A program made the translations under genes and the position numbers. 64,000 bases of DNA from positions 160,001 to 224,000 of the forward strand of contig JBPOGH010000007.1 in assembly GCA_051252135.1 (NCBI GenBank), written 5' to 3'. The stretch comes from Verrucomicrobiaceae bacterium. Its GTDB lineage: Bacteria; Verrucomicrobiota; Verrucomicrobiia; Verrucomicrobiales; Akkermansiaceae. Below are positions 29,469-37,579 of this stretch, one piece after another. Every line of letters begins with the position of its first letter. Positions within the stretch are counted from its first letter, which is position 1. The notes beneath the pieces are model-generated. The model was not told the DNA's origin, ran no database searches, and saw only the letters and a program-made list of their open reading frames with translations.

Positions 29469-30701
29469 CTACGCGGTGCGAAGGGCGGCGGGTTTGGTTG
29501 CCGACTTGGCGATTTTGATCAGGAGGATCGTGGTGATGATCAGGACGAGAGCGGCAATGACTCCCGCAATGATTCCAACGTGAGGAACCGCGAGGATCAG
29601 AGCAGCGAGGAAGACGTTGATGAGGGCGGCCTCGAAAAAGACGATCCAGCCGAGGTCCATGAGTTGATCATAGCGGAAGCGCGGGATGGTCCAGCGCACC
29701 AAGATGAAGAAAAGGATGAAGACGGTGACTTTGGTGAGGAAGCAGCCGATGTGAATGAGGCTGACCCACCAGGCGCCGGTGGGAAGCGCGCCATCGATCC
29801 CGAAGCCGATGGACCAACCACCGAAGAAGAGGGTGACGATGAGGGCCGAGCCAATGATCATAGCGGCGTATTCACCGAGGAAGAAGAGGGCGAACTTCAT
29901 CGAGGAGTATTCGGTGTGGTAGCCACCAACGAGTTCGGTCTCACACTCGGGGAGGTCGAAGGGCATCCGGTTGGTCTCGGCGAAGATGGAGGTGGTGAAA
30001 ATAAAGAAGGCGATGACGAGGGGCACGAGCATGAGCCAGCGCTCGAGGGACCAGCCTTCACCCCATACAGGGAGGAGGAGCCAGCCGTTGGCGGCTTGAT
30101 ACTCGACGATATGGCCGAGGTTCAAGGTGCCGAACATCATGAGGACGGGGATGATTGAAAGGCCGAGGGCGATCTCGTAGGAAATCATTTGCGCGCAGGA
30201 GCGGACACCTCCGAAGAAGGGGTATTTCGAGTTGGAGGACCAACCGGCGAGCGTGATGCCGTAAACGGAAAGGGAGGCGATGGCGAAGATGAAGAGAGGG
30301 CCAACGTTGAGGTCGGCGATTGCCATGGGGATGACTTTTCCATCAAGCTCAAAGGGGCTGCCGAAGGGGATGACGGCCATGGTGATGAGGGCTGGAACCA
30401 TTGTCATGCAGGGAGCCAGCCAGAAGAAGGCTTTGCGGACATAGGAAGGGGTGAAATCTTCCTTAAGGATGAATTTGAGTCCATCCGCCATGGGTTGGGT
30501 CAGGCCACCGATGGGGAGAGCCAGGTCCTTTTTGAATCCCAGGATGGAAAGGGGGATCATGGTGCGGTTCGGGCCGACGCGGTCCTGGATAATCGCGGAG
30601 AAGCGACGTTCAAAGATGACGGAGATACTGACGAAGGTCAGGGTCACGCCAAGGAAGACGCCAATCTTGATGGCGGTGGCAATGAGGAGAGTCGTGTCCA
30701 T
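29469..30701 (-). CDS. nuoH: NADH-quinone oxidoreductase subunit H
   Basis: QDRVGPNR, ADGLKFILKED, AETNRMPFDLPECETELVGGYHTEYS, RFRYDQLM. Confidence 0.97.
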   Translation of the reverse strand: MDTTLLIATAIKIGVFLGVTLTFVSISVIFERRFSAIIQDRVGPNRTMIPLSILGFKKDLALPIGGLTQPMADGLKFILKEDFTPSYVRKAFFWLAPCMTMVPALITMAVIPFGSPFELDGKVIPMAIADLNVGPLFIFAIASLSVYGITLAGWSSNSKYPFFGGVRSCAQMISYEIALGLSIIPVLMMFGTLNLGHIVEYQAANGWLLLPVWGEGWSLERWLMLVPLVIAFFIFTTSIFAETNRMPFDLPECETELVGGYHTEYSSMKFALFFLGEYAAMIIGSALIVTLFFGGWSIGFGIDGALPTGAWWVSLIHIGCFLTKVTVFILFFILVRWTIPRFRYDQLMDLGWIVFFEAALINVFLAALILAVPHVGIIAGVIAALVLIITTILLIKIAKSATKPAALRTA

Positions 30702-30726
30702 GTGGTGCTACGCGAAATTTTTGGGC

Positions 30727-32484
30727 TTAGCCGACGATTTGGCCGCTGGCGATGCGTGCCTTTTCCTGTTCGATGAGCGGGATGGTCACTCCGGTTTCGG
30801 TGATTTGGACTCCTTCGTCGCCGATGGAGCCGAATGACTGGCCGTTGAAGGCTTCGATACTGGAGGCGAGGTCCTTGATGACACCATCGACGGAAGCAGG
30901 AACGGTGTAGTCCTTGCTGACGGCGGCGAGAAGGCTGGCGAGAGTTTCCCAATCCTCACGGGCGGAACCGGGGGCGAGAGTTGCCTGATTGGTGCGCTGG
31001 AGGCGGCCGGTGACATTCACGTAAGTGGCGCGTTTTTCGGCGAAGCCGGCACCCGGAAGAACCACTTTACTGGCAGCCGCGGTGGGGTTGGCGAGGATGT
31101 GGCTGCTGACGAGGTGGTCAAGTTGCTCGAGGTCTTCACTGCGGAATCCGGCTTCTTCGAGGAGGTCTTCCTGGAGGGAGACAAGAGCCTTGATGCGGCC
31201 GGAGGAAACTCCTTCGCGGATGGCATCGAGCTTTGCGGCGGGATCGTCGGTGCCGATAATGAGTCCGGCTCCCGTGGTGTTCGGGTTGCGGTCGGCGGAG
31301 ATGAGCTTGCCATCGGATTTCCCGACACGGGCGACGGTGCTGATGAGATCGGTTCCGAGAGCGTCGGCAAGTTTCTTGGCGAGGAAGAGTTCCTCATTGC
31401 TCATGCGGGCGGAAGCGATGATGGCGACCTCGTTCGGCTGGCGCATGTTGAGGCCTTCGGCTGCGGTGGCGATGGCCTCGGTCCAGCTGGTTTCCTGATG
31501 CTGAACACCTTTTTTGACCAGAGGGCCGGTGAGGCGGGCATCGGAATGAAGATGGTGGAAGGCAAGACGGTGGCTGTCAGGCATCCAGGAGGAGTTGACG
31601 GCATCGTTTTGACGCGGGGTGACGCGGAAGACTTCATTGCCACGGGTCCATACGACAGTGTTGCAGCCGGTGCCGCAGTTGAGGTCGATGCTCTTGGTTT
31701 CCTTAAGGAACCAGACGCGCATCTGGAAGCGGAAGTCGTTAGAGGTCAGTGCACCCACAGGGCAGATGTCTGCGGTGTTGAGGGCATAGTTGTTGTCGAG
31801 GCGGCGTCCGGGGTGGACGGTGACCGAGGTGTGGGTGCCGCGTTGTGAGAATCCGAGGACGGGTTCTTCGGCGACTTCCTCCATAAAGCGGATGCAGCGG
31901 CTGCACATGATGCAGCGCTCGTCATCGAGGCGGATGTTTTCGCCAATGTCGACGTTCTTCGGCTTTTTGATCTTGGTTTCCTGGAAGCGGGAAGTGCCGC
32001 GACCGTGTTGGACGGAAAATTCCTGAAGCTTGCACTCACCGGCTTGATCGCAAATGGGGCAGTCGAGAGGGTGGTTGATGAGGAGAAACTCCATCACGCC
32101 TTCACGGCAGGTCTCAACCAATTCGCCGGTGGTGCGAATGCCCATGTTCTCGGCGACGGTGTTTGCGCAGGCGATGACAGGTCGTGGCATCCAGCCGATT
32201 TCCTGGAATCCATCATCACCGTAAGTGGGCTCTGCACCGGGGGCGGGACGGGGAGGCATGCCCATCTGGACAAGGCACATCCGGCAGTTTCCAGGGGATG
32301 AAAGCTTGGGATGATAGCAGTAGTGAGGAATTTCTTTCTCAGCAATCTTGGCAGCCTCAATCATTCGAGTGCCACGTGGGACTTGAATCCAGTGGCCATC
32401 AATCTGCACATTGACCATGCCCTTTTCAGCGGCAAGGTCCTTCGGAAGCTTCTGATCGGCAGTGGCCGGGGCGTCTTCGCTCAT
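30727..32484 (-). CDS. nuoG: NADH-quinone oxidoreductase subunit G
   Basis: CYHPKL...GNCRMC (N1b), NHPLDCPICDQAGEC (N5), CIMCSRC...ICPVGAL (N4), molybdopterin-oxidoreductase-like C-terminal part. Confidence 0.93.
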   Translation of the reverse strand: MSEDAPATADQKLPKDLAAEKGMVNVQIDGHWIQVPRGTRMIEAAKIAEKEIPHYCYHPKLSSPGNCRMCLVQMGMPPRPAPGAEPTYGDDGFQEIGWMPRPVIACANTVAENMGIRTTGELVETCREGVMEFLLINHPLDCPICDQAGECKLQEFSVQHGRGTSRFQETKIKKPKNVDIGENIRLDDERCIMCSRCIRFMEEVAEEPVLGFSQRGTHTSVTVHPGRRLDNNYALNTADICPVGALTSNDFRFQMRVWFLKETKSIDLNCGTGCNTVVWTRGNEVFRVTPRQNDAVNSSWMPDSHRLAFHHLHSDARLTGPLVKKGVQHQETSWTEAIATAAEGLNMRQPNEVAIIASARMSNEELFLAKKLADALGTDLISTVARVGKSDGKLISADRNPNTTGAGLIIGTDDPAAKLDAIREGVSSGRIKALVSLQEDLLEEAGFRSEDLEQLDHLVSSHILANPTAAASKVVLPGAGFAEKRATYVNVTGRLQRTNQATLAPGSAREDWETLASLLAAVSKDYTVPASVDGVIKDLASSIEAFNGQSFGSIGDEGVQITETGVTIPLIEQEKARIASGQIVG

Positions 32485-32604
32485 GGTCAGCGCGGGTTAA
32501 ATATGGGCATCGGATGCCCGTCGCGGCGGCACTATGCAAGGATGTCCATGCCCCGTAAAGCGACTTTGTGAAATTTTTCACAAAGTCCGACTTTGAAGTA
32601 AGAA

Positions 32605-33246
32605 TCAGCGTTTTTTGCGTCGACGGGGGACTTCGGCGAGAAGGGTGGACTCTGCAAGGTCCGAGGGGGCCACGACCGGTTCATCTTTTGGGAGCGCTGC
32701 GTGGGCTCCATAGCGGCGCCGGATGATCCTTTGGACCGCCGGATCATCAAGAAAGTATGATTGAAAACTCTTGGTGGGGCACAATTTGAGACCGGTGGAG
32801 CGATGGTAGATCTTCCAGACGAGCTCGGAGCAATAAAGTTCGTCGTCACCCCATTTGAAGAGGCTATCGTAATCCTTTCCGAGTTGTTGCGATCCCCATT
32901 TGATTGCTTTGGCAAAACTCACGGGATTGATTGCTTCGGGATTTTTGAGTCGCCGGGCATGAAATACCGCGGAGCGCGCTTTCCAGACGTTGAGGGGGAC
33001 GACGGAGACGGGTTGGATGGCCTCGAGGACATAAAGTTTTCCATTTTGGTTAAAGACGACGCCGCAGTGGGTGTAGCGGGAGCCGGTGGCTGCTTTCACA
33101 GCCTGGCCTTGTTCTCCTCCAGTGTCCTGAAAGACGATGTCGCCCGAATGGAGTTGTTCGTAGAGAGGATGATGAATTTGTTTAAAGAGACCGAAGCCGT
33201 AGGACTGAAGAGTCAGGAGTAGGGTGAAGATTGGGGTGCGTAACAT
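32605..33246 (-). CDS. YiiX/YebB-type permuted papain-like (NlpC/P60) amidase
   Basis: GDIVFQ, THCGVV (His) before YCSELVWKIY (Cys), i.e. the permuted order; N-terminal signal-like segment. Confidence 0.85.
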   Translation of the reverse strand: MLRTPIFTLLLTLQSYGFGLFKQIHHPLYEQLHSGDIVFQDTGGEQGQAVKAATGSRYTHCGVVFNQNGKLYVLEAIQPVSVVPLNVWKARSAVFHARRLKNPEAINPVSFAKAIKWGSQQLGKDYDSLFKWGDDELYCSELVWKIYHRSTGLKLCPTKSFQSYFLDDPAVQRIIRRRYGAHAALPKDEPVVAPSDLAESTLLAEVPRRRKKR

Positions 33247-33342
33247 GTCGAAAGCACGGTAACATTGGGTTTGGGAAATCGGTTATCGATGGTTTCAATG
33301 TGAGCATTGAGAGAAGTGATGCTGAAACTTTCAAATTTAGTC

Positions 33343-33371
33343 TTGCAAGGAATGTATACGAGGCGTATCTC
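33343..33371 (+). promoter_or_regulatory. Possible sigma70-type promoter for tRNA-Tyr
   Basis: TTGCAA-17 bp-TATCTC followed by GC-rich CCCGCCGC; the -10 match is imperfect. Confidence 0.35.
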
Positions 33372-33419
33372 CCCGCCGCTGTTGCGAGACAGTCCACGAA
33401 AAATCTCTTCCGAGAAATT

Positions 33420-33505
33420 GGGTAGGTGGCCGAGTGGTTAAAGGCGGCAGACTGTAAATCTGCTCACGAAAGTGTACACTGGTTCGAATCCAGTCCTGCC
33501 CACCA
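33420..33505 (+). tRNA. tRNA-Tyr (GTA)
   Basis: Acceptor stem GGGTAGG/CCTGCCC, anticodon arm GCAGA-CTGTAAA-TCTGC, long variable arm, GGTTCGAATCC T-arm, encoded CCA; 86 nt. Confidence 0.97.
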
Positions 33506-33540
33506 AAAACCCCGCTTCAGCGTGCTGAGGCGGGGTTTTT
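33505..33540. terminator. Bidirectional intrinsic terminator after tRNA
   Basis: AAAAACCCCGCTTCAGC-GT-GCTGAGGCGGGGTTTTT hairpin with A and T tails. Confidence 0.9.
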
Positions 33541-33582
33541 GGTTTGCGGGGTTTTTGGTTTGGAAAAGGGGGGTGGTGAACT

Positions 33583-34263
33583 TTAGTGGCCATTCGGTGG
33601 TCGAATGGAGGTTGGTTTCAATTGATGGTAGAGGGCTGAGGCTTGGGCTCGGGAGTGGACGTGAAGTTTCTCGTAGATGCGGCGGCGATAGGTGTCGATG
33701 GTGTTGTTGCTGACTCCGAGTTCGCTTGCGATTTCTTTGCAGAGATAGCCTTGAGCGAGGAGGCCGAGGACTTGTTCTTCGCGCTTGGAGAGTTGGCTGA
33801 GTTCGTTTTCTTCGCCTGCCGGAGTGGAGGTCCGGAAGCATTTGACGACTTTTCTGGCGATGCCACTGCTCATGGGCGACCCGCCTTCGTAGACTTCGCG
33901 GAGGGATGAGAGTAGTTGCTCGCGCGGGGTTTGCTTGAGGAGGTATCCGGTAGCGCCGGCTTCCAGGGCTTTGAAGATTCGGTTCGAGTCTTCATAGACG
34001 GTGATCATGACAAACTGAACCTTGGGGAGTAAAAGTTTGAGGGAGCGGACACACTCCACGCCGTTCATTCCAGGGAGGTTGATATCGGTGAGGACGACAT
34101 CCGGTTTGTCGTTGGGGATGGAGTCGTGTGCTTCCTGTCCGTTCTCGTATTGGCTGACGAGGTGGAATCCCGGGGCCGTCTCAATCCAATCGGCATAGAT
34201 GGATCTTAGTGAGAGGTCGTCCTCGACGATCGTAATGTTTATGTCGTTTATGGAAATGGCCAC
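33583..34263 (-). CDS. NarL/FixJ (LuxR-type HTH) response regulator
   Basis: IVEDD, VLTDINLPGMNG (phospho-Asp), GATGYLLK, C-terminal LSKREEQVL...EIASELGVS.NTI.TY...IYEKLHV. Confidence 0.95.
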   Translation of the reverse strand: MAISINDINITIVEDDLSLRSIYADWIETAPGFHLVSQYENGQEAHDSIPNDKPDVVLTDINLPGMNGVECVRSLKLLLPKVQFVMITVYEDSNRIFKALEAGATGYLLKQTPREQLLSSLREVYEGGSPMSSGIARKVVKCFRTSTPAGEENELSQLSKREEQVLGLLAQGYLCKEIASELGVSNNTIDTYRRRIYEKLHVHSRAQASALYHQLKPTSIRPPNGH

Positions 34264-34297
34264 GGTTTTGATGCTAGCGCAAAATTGAGACAGTGAT

Positions 34298-34317
34298 TGT
34301 CACTAGTTTAGGTGACA
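34298..34317. promoter_or_regulatory. Palindromic operator copy 1 (TGTCAC-TAGTTTAG-GTGACA), upstream of the response regulator
   Basis: Perfect 6-8-6 palindrome; TAGCAT on the minus strand at 34276-34271, 21 bp away; overlaps the kinase stop codon. Confidence 0.75.
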
Positions 34318-37310
34318 GGGAAGAGGGGGTTGGCCTTGAAAGGGACGATGAATTCCACGGTGGTGCCTTTTCCAATGGTGCTATGGAAGTTGCAAACGCC
34401 TCCGATTTCCTTCATGCGTTTTTCCATGTTCGTCAAGCCGCTGCCTGCATTTGACCGGGCGGGGTCGGAGGGGGCGTTGGGGTCGATTCCTTTGCCGTTG
34501 TCCTCAAATTTTAGGATGAAGTGGTGATCTTCAGGGATGAGTGAGATTCTCACTTCGGAAGCCTGAGCGTATTTGACGATGTTATTAAGGGCTTCCTTAG
34601 AGGCGAGGAGGAGATTGTGGCGGAGTTGGGCGGAGAGGCTTTGTTCGGGGAGATCGACGGGAAACAGGAGTCGGCAACGAATACCGGCTACGCTGAGGAA
34701 TTCCTGGGCGTAGGAGCTGAGATAGTTGGCGAGATCATCGAACTCATCGTGCTCCGGGCTGATGGCCCAGACGACGCCGTCCATGGCGCGCATGAGGTTC
34801 CGGGTGGTGGAGCGAATTTGGCCCATCGCTGATTGGGGTTGGTCGTTTTCAGCGGAGGATGACTGGCTGAGGAGGGAGATGCGGGTGAGGCTGGCACCCA
34901 GATCATCGTGAATGTCGCGGGCGATGCGGCTGCGTTCCTGTTCAAGTGCTTGTTTGGCCGCGATGGCTTGAAGTTGGTTCTGATGTTTGCGCCGAAGGCC
35001 CAGGAAGACGATTCCGCCGGCGATGAGAGCGGTGAGGGTGGCGATTCCGAATTTAAACCACCACGTTTCCCAGAAAAAGGGCTTCACCTTGATGGTGACG
35101 GAGGCGCCCTCCTTGTTCCAGTCTCCGGCGCCGTTGCTGGCGATCACCTGGAAGCGATAGTTTCCGGCGGGAAGGCGGGGGAAGGTGACCCGGCCTTGTT
35201 TGTCGATGACCTGCCATTTTTTATCGACAGGATGGAGGCGATAACGGGTGAGGGTGTTTTCGGGGGTGGCAAAGTTGAGGGCGGCAAAGGAGATGACCAG
35301 GTTGTCGTGGTCCGGAGGAAGGGTGATTGCGGGGTTAGGATCACTCAAATCGGCGGTCCGGGAATTGATATCCGGAGGAAGGATCGAGCGCTTTTTGAAG
35401 AGAGCGATGGGCTCGTTGTTCAATGAGATGTTCTCGAGGATGACAGGAGGTGGAGGAGTGTTGTTGAGGGCGTCATTCGTATTGACCTCCAGGAGTCCGC
35501 TGTGGGTGCTGAAGTAGAGTTTGCCGTTTGGGTGGTTAACGGAGGAAGGGGCGTAATCGCGACTGGGCTGAATGCTGGGGAGGCCGTTGTCCCGACCATA
35601 GACCTGACAGTAGAGATGGGAGGAATCCGAAAGAAGGTGTTCAAGGGAGAGCCGGAAGAGGCCCCGGTTTGCGGCGATCCAAAGATTGCCGTTGGGGTCA
35701 TGCTGGATTTGCGAGAGGTAGTCGTCGTGCAAGCCGTTTTCAGTAGTGAGTCGGCGATAGGTGCCGTTTTTAAGATGTCCCAAGCCGTCACCGGCATATC
35801 CGATCCAGAGGCTGCCATCGGGGGTTGCGTGGAGGGTCCGGATGGAGCGGAGGGTGGGGCCATCGATTGCGGATTCATCGATGAGTTCTTGTCCGTCGAC
35901 GCGGAGGAGGTGTCCCTCTGCGGTACCGATCCAGGTGGTCCCGTCGGTGGTTTCCGTAATTGCCCGGATGGGCTTGAGGGAAATGGGTGAGCTGATTGGG
36001 GTGATCCCGTTGTTTTGGAGCAGGTAGAGTTTGTCCGGTCTGCTGGTGGCAATCCAGAGGCCTCCATTCTTTGAAGGATGAAGTGAACGGATGGAGTTGC
36101 TGGCCAAGGTGTGGGCAGGGTCCAGGGGGTGGACTTCATTGTCTCGAATTTCGAGGAGGCCGTGTTGCTGGGTTCCTACCCAGATTCGTCCCCGGGTGTC
36201 GGAAGTGACGCAGTTGGCCAGACAGTTTTGAGGGAGCTTGTCGAAAAGCTGCCACTGAAGAGCCTCTTTGACGGCCAGTTGACCGTCGAGGCTGGTGATC
36301 CAGAGACGTCCGGAGGCATCCCGGCATACAGAGCGAACGGATGGGAGAGGGAATCCTTCGCCCGGGCTGGTGAGTTTGGCAATACGGGGAAGGATCAGGT
36401 TGAGGCCGCCGCCATTCGTTCCGGCCCAGATGTTTCCATCGTGATCCTCGGAAATGCAGTTGATCCAGAGATGGGATGTGGGAACGCTTTGCAGTTGTGC
36501 CTGATGGAATCTGAAGAGCCCTTTTTGGCGGGTGCCAATCCAGATGGCGCCCTTGTGATCTTCCTTGATGGCGGTGACCTGGGTGTCCGGGGGGAGGCGG
36601 GTAATCGTTGTTTGCGAATCTGCGCTTTTGAAATGGATGAGATTGGATTCGTGGGTGATCCAGAGGCCGGAATCGCGGGAGGCGGCAATTTTGATCGGTG
36701 ATTTTTTAAAGTCGAAAACCTCTTCAAATCCAAGGTCCTTGAAAACCTTAAGTTTTGGGCCGGAAGCAAGCCAGATGTTGCCATCGGAATCACAGGCGGT
36801 GCCGGATTGTCGAGCCTGAGGAACTCCTTGGTTTTTGCCAAAGCGAGTAACCTTGCCATTTTCCACCAAACAAACCCCGATGGTGTAGGCGATCCAGATG
36901 CGCCCCTGAAGGTCCACGGTGAGGTTGGAAGTTCGTCTGTTGATGACTCCATCGGCTTCGGTAAGGGTTTTTACCGAGGTGTCTCCAATGCTGATAATGG
37001 GCCCACGTTCCATGCCCATCCAGACCTGCCCCTGATGATCCAGGGTCATGGAGTGGACTTGTTTGCTGGGGAGGTTGGGAATCTCCCGAAGGGGGAGGGT
37101 GGTGAAGCTGATTCCATTGAAGCGGATGAGTCCGCCATTGGTGCCGATCCAGAGGTAGCCCTCGGAAGATTGTGCGATGGCGGAGACGCTATTGTCGGGG
37201 AGGCCGTCCTCGGTTTGCCAGACGCGGTAAAACCAATTGTCCGAGATTGTTCCGTATCCGACCAGGGATTGAACCAGGAACAGAAGTGCAAAATGGAGTC
37301 GCGCGCGCAT
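34308..37310 (-). CDS. Sensor histidine kinase with periplasmic beta-propeller (Reg_prop) and Y_Y_Y domains, HisKA_3 type
   Basis: Repeated D..G.(L/I)WIGT..GL blades, YRLHPVDKKW...LPAGNYRFQV, TM after PFFWETWWF, ERSRIARDIHDDLG, KEALNNIVKYA, DNGKG, GSGL. ATG 37310 chosen because a signal peptide follows. Confidence 0.93.
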   Translation of the reverse strand: MRARLHFALLFLVQSLVGYGTISDNWFYRVWQTEDGLPDNSVSAIAQSSEGYLWIGTNGGLIRFNGISFTTLPLREIPNLPSKQVHSMTLDHQGQVWMGMERGPIISIGDTSVKTLTEADGVINRRTSNLTVDLQGRIWIAYTIGVCLVENGKVTRFGKNQGVPQARQSGTACDSDGNIWLASGPKLKVFKDLGFEEVFDFKKSPIKIAASRDSGLWITHESNLIHFKSADSQTTITRLPPDTQVTAIKEDHKGAIWIGTRQKGLFRFHQAQLQSVPTSHLWINCISEDHDGNIWAGTNGGGLNLILPRIAKLTSPGEGFPLPSVRSVCRDASGRLWITSLDGQLAVKEALQWQLFDKLPQNCLANCVTSDTRGRIWVGTQQHGLLEIRDNEVHPLDPAHTLASNSIRSLHPSKNGGLWIATSRPDKLYLLQNNGITPISSPISLKPIRAITETTDGTTWIGTAEGHLLRVDGQELIDESAIDGPTLRSIRTLHATPDGSLWIGYAGDGLGHLKNGTYRRLTTENGLHDDYLSQIQHDPNGNLWIAANRGLFRLSLEHLLSDSSHLYCQVYGRDNGLPSIQPSRDYAPSSVNHPNGKLYFSTHSGLLEVNTNDALNNTPPPPVILENISLNNEPIALFKKRSILPPDINSRTADLSDPNPAITLPPDHDNLVISFAALNFATPENTLTRYRLHPVDKKWQVIDKQGRVTFPRLPAGNYRFQVIASNGAGDWNKEGASVTIKVKPFFWETWWFKFGIATLTALIAGGIVFLGLRRKHQNQLQAIAAKQALEQERSRIARDIHDDLGASLTRISLLSQSSSAENDQPQSAMGQIRSTTRNLMRAMDGVVWAISPEHDEFDDLANYLSSYAQEFLSVAGIRCRLLFPVDLPEQSLSAQLRHNLLLASKEALNNIVKYAQASEVRISLIPEDHHFILKFEDNGKGIDPNAPSDPARSNAGSGLTNMEKRMKEIGGVCNFHSTIGKGTTVEFIVPFKANPLFPVT

Positions 37311-37505
37311 CTCGGGTTGCAGACGATAGAGATTACCAAATGAAACCCAATCTCGAAATCGAACAGGGAGGGATTGCCCGAATGAGGGATCAATTTTTGA
37401 TGAGACCACCGCCGAGAGCGGTTTGGGGCGGCCTTTTCATTAGGATGATTTCTGAAGAGGAGAGGTTAGGTGGCGACTGTTTGTGGGGTGGAAATTCACT
37501 CAAAG

Positions 37506-37537
37506 AAAAACCCTGCCCCCGATGAGAGGCAGGGTTC
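37506..37537 (-). terminator. Probable intrinsic terminator of the 39973-37580 gene
   Basis: AAAAACCCTGCC...GGCAGGGTT inverted repeat; the A-run gives a U-tail on the minus strand. Confidence 0.7.
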
Positions 37538-37579
37538 TTGAGGGAGAAGAGATGCGTTGTGATTCCCTAAATTTGAGGA

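Noticed and set aside
23175..32414. Many long + strand ORFs opposite the nuo genes (e.g. 23175-24116, 25147-25989, 28374-29465)
   Set aside because: Shadow ORFs of GC-rich hydrophobic genes with low-complexity E/G/D-rich translations.
33426..33841. ORFs 33426-33713 and 33464-33841
   Set aside because: They overlap the tRNA-Tyr gene, its terminator and the response regulator.
37311..37409. N-terminal extension of the sensor kinase ORF
   Set aside because: A signal-peptide-like sequence starts at ATG 37310; the upstream 33 codons look non-coding.
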